NCBI GenBank assembly: GCA_951406725.2
Contig: OX597824.1
Span: 44,268,001 to 44,332,000, forward strand
Reading direction: 5' to 3'
Length of the DNA stretch: 64,000 nt
Origin: Octopus vulgaris
Lineage: Eukaryota
The translations under genes and the position numbers were made by a program. Under the pieces are notes generated by a model. That model was not told the origin of the DNA. It did not search any database and worked only from the letters and a program-made list of their open reading frames with translations. This document shows, piece after piece, positions 12,690 to 24,845 of the stretch (position 1 is its first letter; every line of letters starts with the position of its first letter).

Positions 12690-13061
12690 GGTTAAAGTAA
12701 TTTTTAAAAATTTCGCTATTGTTTTTAAATTACATTTTATTAACTGTTTGAAAATATAGGAAGTGTGGAATGTAATGGTGTTTGCTGATTTCCAAAATTA
12801 TCTTTTTAACCTTTGAGGCTTCTCCCATCATTTTTAAGTGTGTAGTGCAAAAACAATTGGACAAAATTGGTCCAGAATTAGGGGAGGGGGATTCGTAAAT
12901 TTTCAAACATTTTTTCATAAAAAAATTATCTATTTTTAAGGGTGTGATGAAAATAAATTTGCAAAACTCCCATGAAAATAGAGTAAACCTAACTCTATCC
13001 CAAAAGTCTGCCAAGGTATTCTATTGTGAAAATCACCTTGTAAAGACAGGATACTCGGCTA

Positions 13062-13063
<2 letters not shown>
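12690..13063 (+). mobile_element. Possible non-autonomous Helitron-like element (3' end)
   Basis: Ends GGATACTCGGCTAGT (CTAG terminus) after an AAGGT..ACCTT hairpin. 5' boundary uncertain. Confidence 0.35.
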
Positions 13064-13118
<55 letters not shown>

Positions 13119-13121
<3 letters not shown>

Positions 13122-14110
13122 TACTGTGCAAAAGTCTTCGGCCACTTTAAATTATTGTAAATTTCTACTAATTGCCAACTTATAAGTTTCGCATTGCATT
13201 TTTTACAGCTGAAACATTGGCCTTGTTGGAGCCATTTCCATCAGACTCTATACCCACAGACTTCCCTGTTCTCATCATGTAACAGTTGTTTCACTTTCCT
13301 GTAGGCCTTCTGACTAATTCTCGCTTATTAGAAAGCAAAACGACCCATGCATGTTACATGATGAAAACAGTGAAATTTAGGGTAAGTCTGATACATAAAA
13401 AGTGATGGTTCAAGAAAGTTGATTGAAATTGACAGTAACTTGAATAGTGCCAAATATCTCCAGTTGCTGAAGGACAATTTGATACCAGACTTGGATGAAG
13501 TTAAAATTTTTCAGCATGATGGAGTTCCATGTCACAGATCACATGCAACACAACAGAATTTGTCTGATGAAGGTGTTACCTTATTGACAGATTGGCCAGC
13601 TTGACTTAAATATCATTGAGAATATGTGAACAGAACTAAAGAGAAGGGCTCTTCAGAAGAATTGATACAATCTTGAAGAGTTGTGGAAGCTCAGTCACAG
13701 AGAATGCATCTCATACCTGTGAAGGATTTGTAATGAATCTCTTCTCAGGTGCATTGACGCAATTATTCAAGCTAAGGGATGCCACACGAAATATTAACAA
13801 TATCCAGAAACTTCTTGAAATGAACATTATGTAATAAATTTTCATTATAGACATTTTTCTGTTTTAAAACACTGTATTTTGATTGGTTTGTGTGAGCTGG
13901 CTGAAAACCTTTGCACATGGCCATTTTTGATGGTCATCTCATATCTTGCCCTCTTGTTCAGAACCCCTACATCAATATATAATGATTAGGTATGGAAATG
14001 ACTCCAATAGGGCCAATATTTCATCGATAAAAAACACAATGCAAAACAAGTTGTCAATTAGTAGAAATTTACAATAATTTTAAGTGGCCAAAGACTTTTG
14101 CACAGTTCTG
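13119..14110 (+). mobile_element. Tc1-family (DD34E) DNA transposon, internally deleted, long IR/DR-type TIRs
   Basis: TA|CAGTACTGTGCAAAAGTCTT..AAGACTTTTGCACAGTTCTG|TA. Inverted similarity extends about 125 bp, with an inner repeat near 13899-13918. Transposase remnant FQHDGVPCH..DWPA..DLNIIEN. Confidence 0.9.
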
Positions 14111-14136
14111 TACACACACACACACATACATATATA

Positions 14137-15396
14137 TCAGGTCATCTCATAAGTTCAGTCTGATTTTACTTTTTTAAAATTGAATGAAATTTATTAGTAT
14201 TTTAGAATGTTTGATGGAATTTAAAATTATTTTTATGCATTTGTGTACATTTAAACTAAATAAATATTATTTTACAGAATAATGAAATTAAAATTTCTTT
14301 GATTAAACTTTTTCTAACATGGAAGTATCCAAAGAGCATTTGAGGCACGTAATGCTTTATGAGCACAAAAAAGGAAACTCTGCAGCCAAAACAACTCGAA
14401 ACATACACTCAGTTGATGGGAAAGAATGCTTGAATGAAAGAACTTGCAGAAGATGGTTTCCAAAATTTAGAAGTGGAGATTTCAGTCTTGAAGATGCAGA
14501 TCGAACAGGACGTCCAGTTGAGTTTGATGATAAGCTCCTTGAGGCGTTACTTGAAGAAAATCCTGCATTATCAGTTGAAGAATTGTCAATAAAGCTTAGT
14601 TGAAACTATGCAACTGTTCATCGTCATCTTCAACAACTTGGAAAGGTTCCTAAACTTGAAAAATGGGTGCCTCATGAATTGTCCAAAAGCAACAGCAAAT
14701 CCCGAGTTGACATCTGCTCTTCTCTCCATTCTTGGGAACTCATTTCACCCTTTTTGGATAGACTTGTGACTGGTAATGAAAAATAGATCTTCTATCGAAA
14801 TGTTAAACGTTGTAAACAATGGCTTGGTAAAAGGGAAAAAGCTCAACCACAACTGAGAAGGGAACTTCATGGGAAGAAGGTTCTTCTCTCTATCTGATGG
14901 GATTGTTATCACCTAATGCAACAATCAATGCTCAAGTCTACTGTCAGCAATTAGAGTGTTTGAACCAAGCTTTGAAGAAATAAGACATGCATTAGTGAAT
15001 CGAAAAGGAGTGATGTTTCATCAGGACAATGCGCAACCCCACACTGCAAAGATCACATCACAGAAGATCAAAGAGCTTGGTTGGGAAAAAATCCCTCATC
15101 CACCTTATTCTCCTGACCTTGCTCCTTCAGACTACCAATTGTTTCATAGTTTACAGAATCATTTGGGGTACATAACTTTTGCAAGCCAGGAGGAGGTCAA
15201 AACTGACATTTCAGAGTTCTTCGCTTTGAAACCAAAAGAGTTTTATATTGATGGGATTAAAAAGCTTGTAAATAGATGGAAGGAAGTCATAGATAATCAG
15301 GGAAAGTACATTGATGATTAATTTTCAATTAAATACAACATTTGATCACTTGTTTTCTTTATTTAAAATTCGAACAGAATTTATGGGATGACCTAA
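14137..15396 (+). mobile_element. mariner (DD34D) transposon, near full length, inactivated transposase (14319-15321)
   Basis: TIRs TCAGGTCATCTCATAAGTTC / GAATTTATGGGATGACCTAA with TA flanks. Motifs WVPHEL, HQDNAQPH, YSPDLAPSDY. Stops and frameshifts. Confidence 0.95.
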
Positions 15397-16631
15397 TATA
15401 TATATATATAACCAATTGTGGCCGTTTGCCAGCTTCCTCTGGCAAAAGCACTTACTACACTCAAGGAATGGTTGGCATTAGGAAGGGCATCCAGCTGTAG
15501 AAACACTGCCAGATCAGACTGATCTGATGATGATGATGATGATGTTGTTGTTATTGACTAATTTAACTTGCTTTTTTTTTATCTCAAAGAAAATGCTTCC
15601 TTTCCATCTGAACATATGCTGTTGCAAATCTGTATCAATGTCTTGATGACCAGAATTCAGTTTATCACTGTTTATCATCAAAAATTTCATCAAATGAACC
15701 TTTCCTACACTTGTCATTATTGCTACTGCCCTTTCTACCACTGCTGTGTTTGTTACTGTTATTGACATTACAACTGACTCTTCTGTAGTTATTTCTTCTA
15801 CTTCTTTCAATCTTTATATCTCTGTGTACGTTCCTTGTACATTTAGCATCTGTCACATTCTTACACCTATTGTTGATTTCATTGTTGCTTCATCTTTGTA
15901 GTTTGTCTTCTAACTGCTACATACATACATACATACATCATACACACACACTTGAGCACATGCACACACACACACACACCACACAGATATAACATTGTGG
16001 CTGTTAGTACATCTGTTCTTATTACTAGCACAACCTCCGTAATAAAATAAAAAGCAAAAGACTAGGAGAAAGAACTCCTGTTATATTGTTAATCTCTGTT
16101 GCTACTCTATCTGCTGCACTTGTATTCTATCTTTTAATTATGTCATGCAGCTATATTGTACAGGTCAAGCTAAGTACTATAAGTAGAAAAACAAAATATT
16201 CTCCTTTATCAATTGCAATACTGGTTGACATTTCCTTCACTGGTATCTAAAGTGAAAAAAATATATATATATAAATAAAAATTATTTTTGGTATCACTAG
16301 TATCTACAAGGCAAATGTTTATCTTCAGGTCCTGCAGGGTAAAACAAATGAGAGACAAACCTTCCCTTGCATACGATGTCAGACTATTGCAGATACCCTT
16401 TTTGTTGATGTAATTAAATTCAAAATTGAAGCAAATGAAACACTCATCACTTTTACAGTACTACCACCATTTAAAATAGTGTTATATAATCTGCAATACA
16501 TGCATACCTTGAACAAACTAGTTGGGTTTCGACTATTGAGGTTAAGAATCTTGATTGACAAAACAATTCCAATGACAGGATATAAATCACTAATTCTATG
16601 ACTAATCATAGGGTACATTATTAAATACAGC

Positions 16632-16752
16632 AATCCATGCTTTCTTCACTCTTATCTCTAAGTAATTCATGCTTTTTTCACTCTTATCTCAAAGAAATCC
16701 ATGCTTCCTTCACTCTATAAGAATTAGTGCCTTTTAAACTCTTATCTCTAAA
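16632..16752. repeat. Minisatellite of about 32 bp, about 4 copies
   Basis: AATCCATGCTTTCTTCACTCTTATCTC.AAG. repeated imperfectly. Confidence 0.8.
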
Positions 16753-18879
16753 CAAAATAAAAACATAGTGGAGTAAGTATTATATACTGTCTTCTACTGT
16801 AGCCTAAAAGTATTTCTAAAAACACAGACTACAAATCTAAAAGGCACAGACTACTGCTTTTTCCAGTTGTTTTTTTTTTTGTTCATACTTTGCCTTCTAG
16901 ATATATAAATATATTAGGCATTTCAATCATATTGCTTCTTACCCAGAGATCAGGATGTACAGTATATACACGATGGTCATTTCATCAATGTTGCTACTAG
17001 TTGTAGATAGTAAAGTTTAAATTATCATTCTGTGCCTGAATTAAACTTCCTCCCTTTTTTAAAAATTGTTCAAACAACAAAGAGTTTGGTAATCTGAAAC
17101 TGTTGTCTGACAAAAAGTAGTGTTCACACAATTGGTAGAAAATTTCCAACTGGAGTCATGACAAAGAAGGCTTTTGCTTGAACTACATATTGAATCCTAC
17201 CAAAGATGGTAGAATGTGATTTAAGGAAGATTTAGTCAAAAATCTGTGAAAAAATTCTCTCATTAGCCTGTTTAAGTCATTATAAAATATCTAGAGTTAA
17301 CAACACTGTATTATAAAAACAAGTATTCTTGAAGCAATAGGGAAGCTCCTATATGGTCACTCACCTGCTAGAAGTAGCAACCAAATCTTAAAGTCACACC
17401 TTATCATCTTCAAAAAGGAAGGGAACATTGGATCATGTAATCCTAAATACATTATGTGTAAATAAAAGATTTGATAGTAATAGATGAACTGTCTTTGGTC
17501 ATTGGCTTTCTTTACCCTGAGCTAATTAGCAACTAGTGTCCTTATAATTATATTACCATTATAATAGCAATATTATTTTCTTATAATATGGTGTAATCAA
17601 AATGACAACCATTTGAAAGGGACTTAATTATGTCAGCTTGGGTTGCAAGCATAGTAAAAAGATGTAACAAAAGCAAGCATACTGATAAAATAACAGACAA
17701 GCATTTGGGAAATATGTATGCAACTATCCAAAGATTATAAATTACAGGACTAAAGCATATCAAATGTGAATTGCAATTGTTGCGTGCCAATCTGAAGTCC
17801 AGACACTGTAAAGACTACTTTCAGTTCATTTCTGGTTAAAATTTGTCACATTAGACAATGAGTTTATCCCTTGAAGTCTATACCAAATCAAACCTTTAAC
17901 AGTATGACTGATACCACTGTCCAACAATAAAGAATGTAATATACTGATATTGTTCTGGATAACCCTACTAAAAATCATAAAATTCTTTGATAGCTTCCTG
18001 AACATAATTTTTACACCTTCATTTTGATAATATAGAGACCAAAATGTCTCCAATATAGAGCCTTTGCTTGTAAATGAAGCATTCTCTGGTTCACTGCTGG
18101 ATTTTGCTCGTTGTCAACTGCCAGTGGTTGTATACATTAACAAAGACAGAAACAAACAAGTATGTGTATACAAAAAGATTTTCTAAACAGATCATTTAAT
18201 CACAGTAACTTGCTTCTCTGCAAATGTCTAAAACCTCTTGTACTTCAGGCAGTTCAATGTACATCTGAATATGTTATTTAGAGATACCACATTGTTAAGA
18301 GAGGCTCTTTAAGATATACCATTACTAACCTGACTTTTTTAATCAATCATACAAAGTAGTGGTTAAGAAAGTTGTGAATCTGCTCAGTTATTTGATGCTT
18401 ATTCTGAATTTCAATCCCTGTTTTGTATATATGCCTTATCTCTAACAAAACAGCTTTCATGTTGGACATTGAAGGAACAGTCATCTATTCCACAATTTTT
18501 GTCTCTTTTCTCTACTGAAGCTGCTTAATTCTTTTTTTTTTTATTAAGAGTATATCTATCTACTATTTATCTTTGCTTGCATCTGTTCTTCTCCAACATA
18601 TTACTCCAATGTTGGAAGAATATAATTCCTGTAACTGGAAACTCTACTCTGATTACATATGGAAGTCCACATCTCTAATGTTGTTTTAGGTCATAAGTTT
18701 AGTTCTCTCCACCTGTGTTTGGCAGGTTTTCTTAACTTTTTTAATAATCTTTCTAAGCATCCTTTCTAGCATTTCTGCAAGCTAATAACTTACACAGTTG
18801 ACAGACTACTTCAATTGATTTTCACTTAAATACAAGTTTCCAGTTAACATCTCTCATTTTCAAATCTACTGGCATTTTG

Positions 18880-19390
18880 TTGTTGTTTAGTCTCAGGACC
18901 ACTCTGAATGATCAGGCTTTTGATAGAGGGCTTTCCAGCTGTGACTATTCCATCATTTTAAGAGTATATAGGGCTATATTATCTGATGTCTCCATTCCTT
19001 TTCCAAGACAGTAGGGTGTGATTTGAAGGAGACTTGGCTGCTGTTTCTAGCAGATCAAACAATCATGCAGAGGCTCCTTGCTCTGTTTAATTGCTGCTGT
19101 TGAAACAACTGCTGTCATTGCTACTGCAATCAGTATTGGTTGTATTCTTGTCACAATTGTTACTATTTTTGCAAGTATTATTGTTATGAATGGTATCATT
19201 GTTTTGGTTGCCATTGTCATTGATTTTTAGCCCCAGGTCAACCATACTTGAGCATCCATATTTTTAAGAGAATCTAGGACCACACTATCCAATGTGTTTT
19301 CCCTTTTTTAAAGCAAAAAAGTGTAATTTGAGGAAGATTTTACAGCTACTTCTACTCAGTCAAGTGACCACATAGAGGCTTTCTCATTGA
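18880..19390 (+). mobile_element. Two decayed copies of a third short interspersed family
   Basis: TGTGATTTGA.GGAGA.TTGGCTGCT.TTTCTAGCAG..CA.GTAGAGGCT motif also at 17340-17400 (minus), 27090-27135 (minus), 35748-35810 and 44480-44530. Confidence 0.6.
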
Positions 19391-19548
19391 CATGTTGGCA
19401 TTATTGTTGTTCCCATTGCAGTTACAATATTTGCAGCAATTGTAACAAACAGTTGAAACTATTGTTAGTGTTGCATTTAGTATTTTATTTTCCTGCTTCT
19501 TGAGTAAGGCTACTTTTCTAATGGAACTGGAATTTTATATGTTTAACT

Positions 19549-20479
19549 TGTAGCGTATACCTGAGTGAAATTCCTCTCCTCTCTATTATATATACATACA
19601 TACGAACGTAGCAGATAACAGCTAGCCTTTGGCCGCATTTTGGACCCTGTTGTGTCCACTACTCTGATTGGTTGGTATTGGCACAGTTTGTCTCTGGCAT
19701 GCCAATATGCAACCCAACCAATCACAGCTTTCAAATAAGGTCATGTTTTCTACATCACCTGAGCCTACAACTCCTTATAAAAAAACCTAACTTTTCCTCG
19801 TCTCAATGTCTTTGGTTTCAAACCTTTTAAGGTCTAACCACTGGCCACACATGGCACCACCAGTTCCAACGACAACACAACAGCAGCCACGTGGGACTCA
19901 CCAACTTCATTATGGCAACCTCCATCTTCGTCGCCACCATTTGTCCTAACGTCAACATCTCTCTATGTACTCACCCAGGTTACAACAATGCACTGTTCGT
20001 GAGTTACTTCACCATGGATCAACAGCGAATATACAACCTGCGAGAACTCCTGTACCAAGTGACCCAGGCAGCAGCATCACAGCCACAACTTTAAGTATGA
20101 CATGTACTGCAACCAGCTCTGCATCAACACCACAACTTCTTGATACAGTATTTCAACTATTGTGTACAACTGACTACAAACTGGTGTTTATCATTCTTGT
20201 GTCTATGAACTTACTCCTTACTTCGATGGCTACAGACTCTTTCACAGTCTCTTCTTCATCACCATCCTTACATGCTCTTAACACGCACATGTCTATGCCT
20301 ACATACTCTTATGATGGCCTGTCTATTATTCTGTATATATGCTACACACACAATCACACATTAACATATCAATAAATCTTCTCTTAAACATTCTACCCAG
20401 TTGAGGCTCTTATTTCCCTCTGGCACATATATGCATTGTTCAATTTATATTTATTGTATTGACCGTGTAATGTACTACA
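19549..20479 (+). mobile_element. Candidate solo LTR
   Basis: TGTAG..CTACA termini, CCAAT boxes in both orientations, TATAAAA at about 19777, AATAAA at 20371-20376. No TSD seen. Confidence 0.35.
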
Positions 20480-21376
20480 GAGCCATTCTCATCACTTCGC
20501 TTCACACAGATGTCACAAATTGGCAACCCGTTCCAACTCCTTGAATCTACAAAACAATTATAAAGGGTATTAGATACTCCACAGGTATCTAAACCTTCAA
20601 TTCCATTATAAACTATTGAGTAATACTTTACTTGTTATCATCATTGGATCTTTTGATTCTAGGTTCCTGCTGTGTTGCCATTTTCTGTAGCTCATGAATA
20701 TATTCAGGCAAACTAAAGTTGCTGGCAGTGGTAGTGGTTGGCCAAACTATCTCTGAACTCTTGAATTGGCTTTAGGATTAAAATGTAGGGAGAGAAAGAG
20801 AGGAGGAGGAAGGGAGTAGAGAGGGAGTGTGCATACATGTTTGTGAATATATATATATATACATTAGAGTGATCTTACTTTTATGAAGTTTACGGCATTT
20901 GGAGTATACTAACAGAGCCAAAAATGAAATGAAAAACATGATGTTACAGACCTTGCCTCACTTTCACACATTAACAGTAAATTTGAAACGTTTATATTAA
21001 TTTAGCATTAGAATTCTTCAAGTTGTATAAAAATAGTTATTGTCCGCATCATTTGAAAGAGAAATAAATTCTGCATCAGGTGTAAAAGATAAAAATAATT
21101 TGAATGGTGTTAGTAACAAAATATTTTGTAAGAAATAGAACTTTTATCATCGGTCTTAAATTTATTTTTGCCAGTGTACATACATCTTTCACATTATATT
21201 CTCACTTCAAAGCAAATGTTACCTTTTTACATATATATGTGTGTGTATGTGTGTATGTATGTATATATATGTAAAGTTAATCCCAACACAAAAATACAAA
21301 GAGAAAACACAACAACGCGAGGACGTGGAACAAATATAGTATTATTGGACGCACAGGAAGGAAGGAAAGAAGGAGG

Positions 21377-21411
21377 GTTTAACATTTCAAGCGGAGCTCT
21401 TCGTCAGAAAC
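21377..21411 (-). ncRNA. Minimal type I hammerhead ribozyme motif in a short unit flanked by TA-rich microsatellite
   Basis: Minus strand: GTTT-CTGACGA-A-GAGC TCC GCTT-GAAA-TG-TT-AAAC. Stem I GTTT/AAAC; stem II GAGC/GCTT. Confidence 0.7.
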
Positions 21412-21796
21412 ATAGGAAAAGGAAAGATCCAGGAAAAAAATCGCCAATGGTACACACGCGGTCACATTTTGAATCATATATATATATATATATACATACA
21501 TATATATACATATATATATATATACATACATATATATACATATATATATATACATACATACATACACACACACACACATATATGATGGGTTTCTTTCCAT
21601 TTCCATCTATTAAATCTATTCACAAGGTTTTGGTCATCCTGGAACTATTATGGAAGACACTTGCCCAAGATGCCATGCAGTGGGACTAAACCCAAGACTG
21701 TGGTTGGGAGGTAAACATCTTATCACACAACAACACCTGCGTATGAAAGTGCTCGTGCCCCTTATATAGTATCATATTATATGATATATTATATAT

Positions 21797-21995
21797 CATC
21801 ATCATTATCATCATCATCATCATTTAACATCCATTTCCCATGCTGGCATGGGTTGGATGGTTTGACAGGAGTTGGTAAGCCAGAGAGCTGCACCAGGCTT
21901 TGTCTGCTTTGTCATGGTTTCTATGGTTAGATGTCCTTCCCAATGCCATCCACTCTACAGAGTGTACCCAGTGCTTTTTGTGTGGCACTAGTACC
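21797..21995 (-). mobile_element. RTE LINE 3'-UTR fragment
   Basis: (CAT)n TTTAACATCCATTTCCCATGCTGGCATGGGTTGGA..GATGTCCTTCCCAATGCC. Confidence 0.75.
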
Positions 21996-22441
21996 ATGAG
22001 TTTACAAGACAAGGACCGCTGAGCTGAGAGAGGGAGTGGAACTGAGAGGTTAAGATATGACAGAGGTAACACTCTTACTGTTGAGGAGATCCTTAGTTAC
22101 CTCATTTTGAAAAGGAAAGAGAGGAAGGTGGGAAGGTGTTAGAGAGATAGATAGATAGATAGATGGACAGTCAGAGTGAGAGAGAGGGGGCCTTCCCACC
22201 AGAGCACAGTGGGTGTAGTAGAAGTAGTACAGAGGGAATAAAGGGGGAATGTTCCACAAGAGTGTGTTTAGAGATAGCAAGTGATGTTGAGAGGAATTAT
22301 ACAAAATGTATAAATTGATGATGAGTAAAGTACTGGCATAGTTTCAATTACCTGTTGTTATCCATAGATTTACTGTAGGAACTTTGTACTAGCGGTTGAG
22401 GTAACAATATTAATAAAATAGGAGAAGGAATTTGTAATAGA

Positions 22442-22503
22442 CTTTATTGGGTACAAAACATGTTTTGACCCATTCTGGGTCTCTTCAGGTACATCAATAA
22501 AAA
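22442..22503 (-). ncRNA. Type I hammerhead motif with G12A change, probably inactive
   Basis: Minus strand: TTATTGATGTAC-CTGAAGA-GACCCA GAA TGGGTC-AAAA-CATGTT-TT-GTACCCAATAA. Perfect 6-bp stem II and extended stem I. Confidence 0.6.
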
Positions 22504-22769
22504 GTTTCACTAGAGATTTCTTGAGTCAGTTTACATACTGCTATATGGCCATTAAATTCGAGAATGAGTAAAATTAGAGAAAAATTATTGAAACGCAAAA
22601 AATTCAAATATGAACGTGGAAAGTATACATTTTAGTTTAGAGAAAATTACATAATCAACTCTCGCTGTTGTAAAGAGAAAGAAAAGGAAGAAGTTGAAAG
22701 GAAGATAATACTTAGACAAAAAAATATATGTAATTATTTGCAGGATACAATAAATTCAAGGTATTTTAA

Positions 22770-23125
22770 TAATTCTTTCTACTATAGGCACAAGGCCTGA
22801 AATTTGGTGAAGGGGAAAGTCAATTACATTGACCCCCAGTACTTATTTTATCGACCCTGAAAGGATAATTTGCAAAGCTGACCTTTGTGGAATTTGAACT
22901 CAGAGGTATTTTAATAATCCTTTCAACTAAAGCACAAGGCCTGAAATTTTGGGGTGGGGGTTAGTCAGTTGTATCAACTCTAGTGCTCTACTGGTCCTTA
23001 TTGCATTGACCCTGAAAGGATGCAAGGCAAAGTCAACTTTGATGGAATTTGAACTCAGAATGTAAGGACAGGCAAAATGCCACTAAGTATTTTGCCTAGC
23101 AAACTAGTGATTCTGCCAGCTCGGT
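22770..23125 (-). mobile_element. Two tandem SINE family A copies
   Basis: AGGCACAAGGCCTGAAATT..GACCCTGAAAGGAT..GGAATTTGAACTCAGA occurs twice. Confidence 0.8.
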
Positions 23126-24142
23126 ACCCTAGAGGTATTTTGATAAGAACACCAAGGTAGAGTCAAGAATAGCATACCCATGTATCAACAGTGTGTACAG
23201 ACACTCATATACTTACTAGAGTATATATGGATTTGTCCTTCCAGTTACACACCCATCCACAAGTGCGACCAAATACATTCAGTGTATATGTAAAATCGCA
23301 TGAGTATACTCAGTATGCAGTCAACAGTCTATAGTAGGCTCAAGATTTGATGCAGGGAAGGTTCCAAGTGTAGTATAAATAATAACATAAATGGGCTGAG
23401 GTTCACTACACCTGTTTCAGATGTATTTTTTTTATAGATGAACAAATCAATTACATCATATAAAAAAAAAAACCTTTTCTTCAGAGGAATTAAAATAAAA
23501 TTTAACTTTTGGAATTTTTCACAGGGAAACTATAGAATGCATACTGACTCTCTCATATTCATGCTGGTTGAGAGAGTATTACATATAAGTAGATTTCAAT
23601 TGTTTGACATACTGAATTTCATGCTCCTGAATTAATCTGCAGGCATGTGTAATCTCCACAAAATTCTCAGGCAAAATCAGTGCAACACAGTGTGACAAGG
23701 GCTGTGCCATTTCAAATACTAGTACAATCCACCCTATGGGCTTCTATTCAGTTTCCATCTACTCAATTTCACTTACAAAGTAGGAGTTGCCTCAAGACTA
23801 TGGGAAATGCAGTTTGCCCAAGAAGCTATGCAGTGGGATTGAACCTAGGATCTTGTGGTTGGTAAATAAACTTTGTAACCATTTAACCACAATGTGCCTA
23901 CTATGTATGTGTGTGTGCGCATAGGCATGTGAATAAAACATTTATTCTACTGGTACTAATAATCTGAGGGAAAGCAAGAATATTACAGGCTCCTGTTTCC
24001 AGTATTAATAATTTCTTGATTTCATCTGTGTGTGTTTTTGTTTTGACTTATAACGTTTGGTGCGTTAAGTAGGACTGTATTAAGATGTTAATTTACAGAC
24101 TATTAATCTCATCTTCTGGGATGAACATTTCTAAAAATATCT

Positions 24143-24186
24143 ACATTACGTTTCTATCAGTTTACTTCCTAGTTGTCATCAGGTGT
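24143..24186 (-). ncRNA. Degenerate hammerhead-like motif
   Basis: Minus strand: ACAC-CTGATGA-(21 nt, weak stem)-GAAA-CG-TA-ATGT. Confidence 0.35.
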
Positions 24187-24792
24187 CTTATTCGCAGATA
24201 TGTACTGGATCCAAACTAGATACCTTCCATTTAAGCCAGAAGCATTATTGGATAAAAACACTATCGTCTGTAATCTACAGTTGCAGTTTGGGACGATGCA
24301 CGCCGTCAGAAATAAAGACCTGACAATAGAGATCAAAGAGACCGAAAAATAACGTCAACAAAATTTTAAAAAAAAGTTTTGTTTTTTCTCTCAGAAACGA
24401 GGTTTTCATTTCGAAAAATTCCAATCTTTTTAACGACTCGTTTTAGATGTTTAAAAAGTAACGTACTGAGCCACCCACCCAAATATTCGAGGAAATTGCC
24501 CCCCACCACTTAACTCACCCACACACATTAAAGACACAATAGAGTTTGCATTATGGTGTGGGACATGTTTATAAGTTTAAACGGTTTTCGTTTTATTAAA
24601 CATAACTATTTGTCGCCTTCTTTTCAATATTCATAGCTATCTCTTTCTACCGTAAAAAAATTCTTGTTTAAATCGGTTGATTAGAAATGAAGCTTTAACT
24701 CCAAACGTGTGTATGGGTTATATTGTGTGTGTATATATGTACACACACAGTGTATAGTGTGTGTGTGTGTGAGTGTATGTTATTTCTACAAA

Positions 24793-24845
<53 letters not shown>

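Noticed and set aside
16329-16633. Frames of about 85-90 codons open on both strands after a CAG
   Set aside because: No recognisable domain and a weak acceptor. Compatible with chance.
17581-18870. Minus-strand peptides faintly resembling hAT dimerisation or LINE linker sequence
   Set aside because: Too degenerate to assign by eye.
20550-20730. Another R4/Dong C-terminal relic on the minus strand
   Set aside because: Only ELQK-like and IPV-like fragments are visible, which is insufficient.
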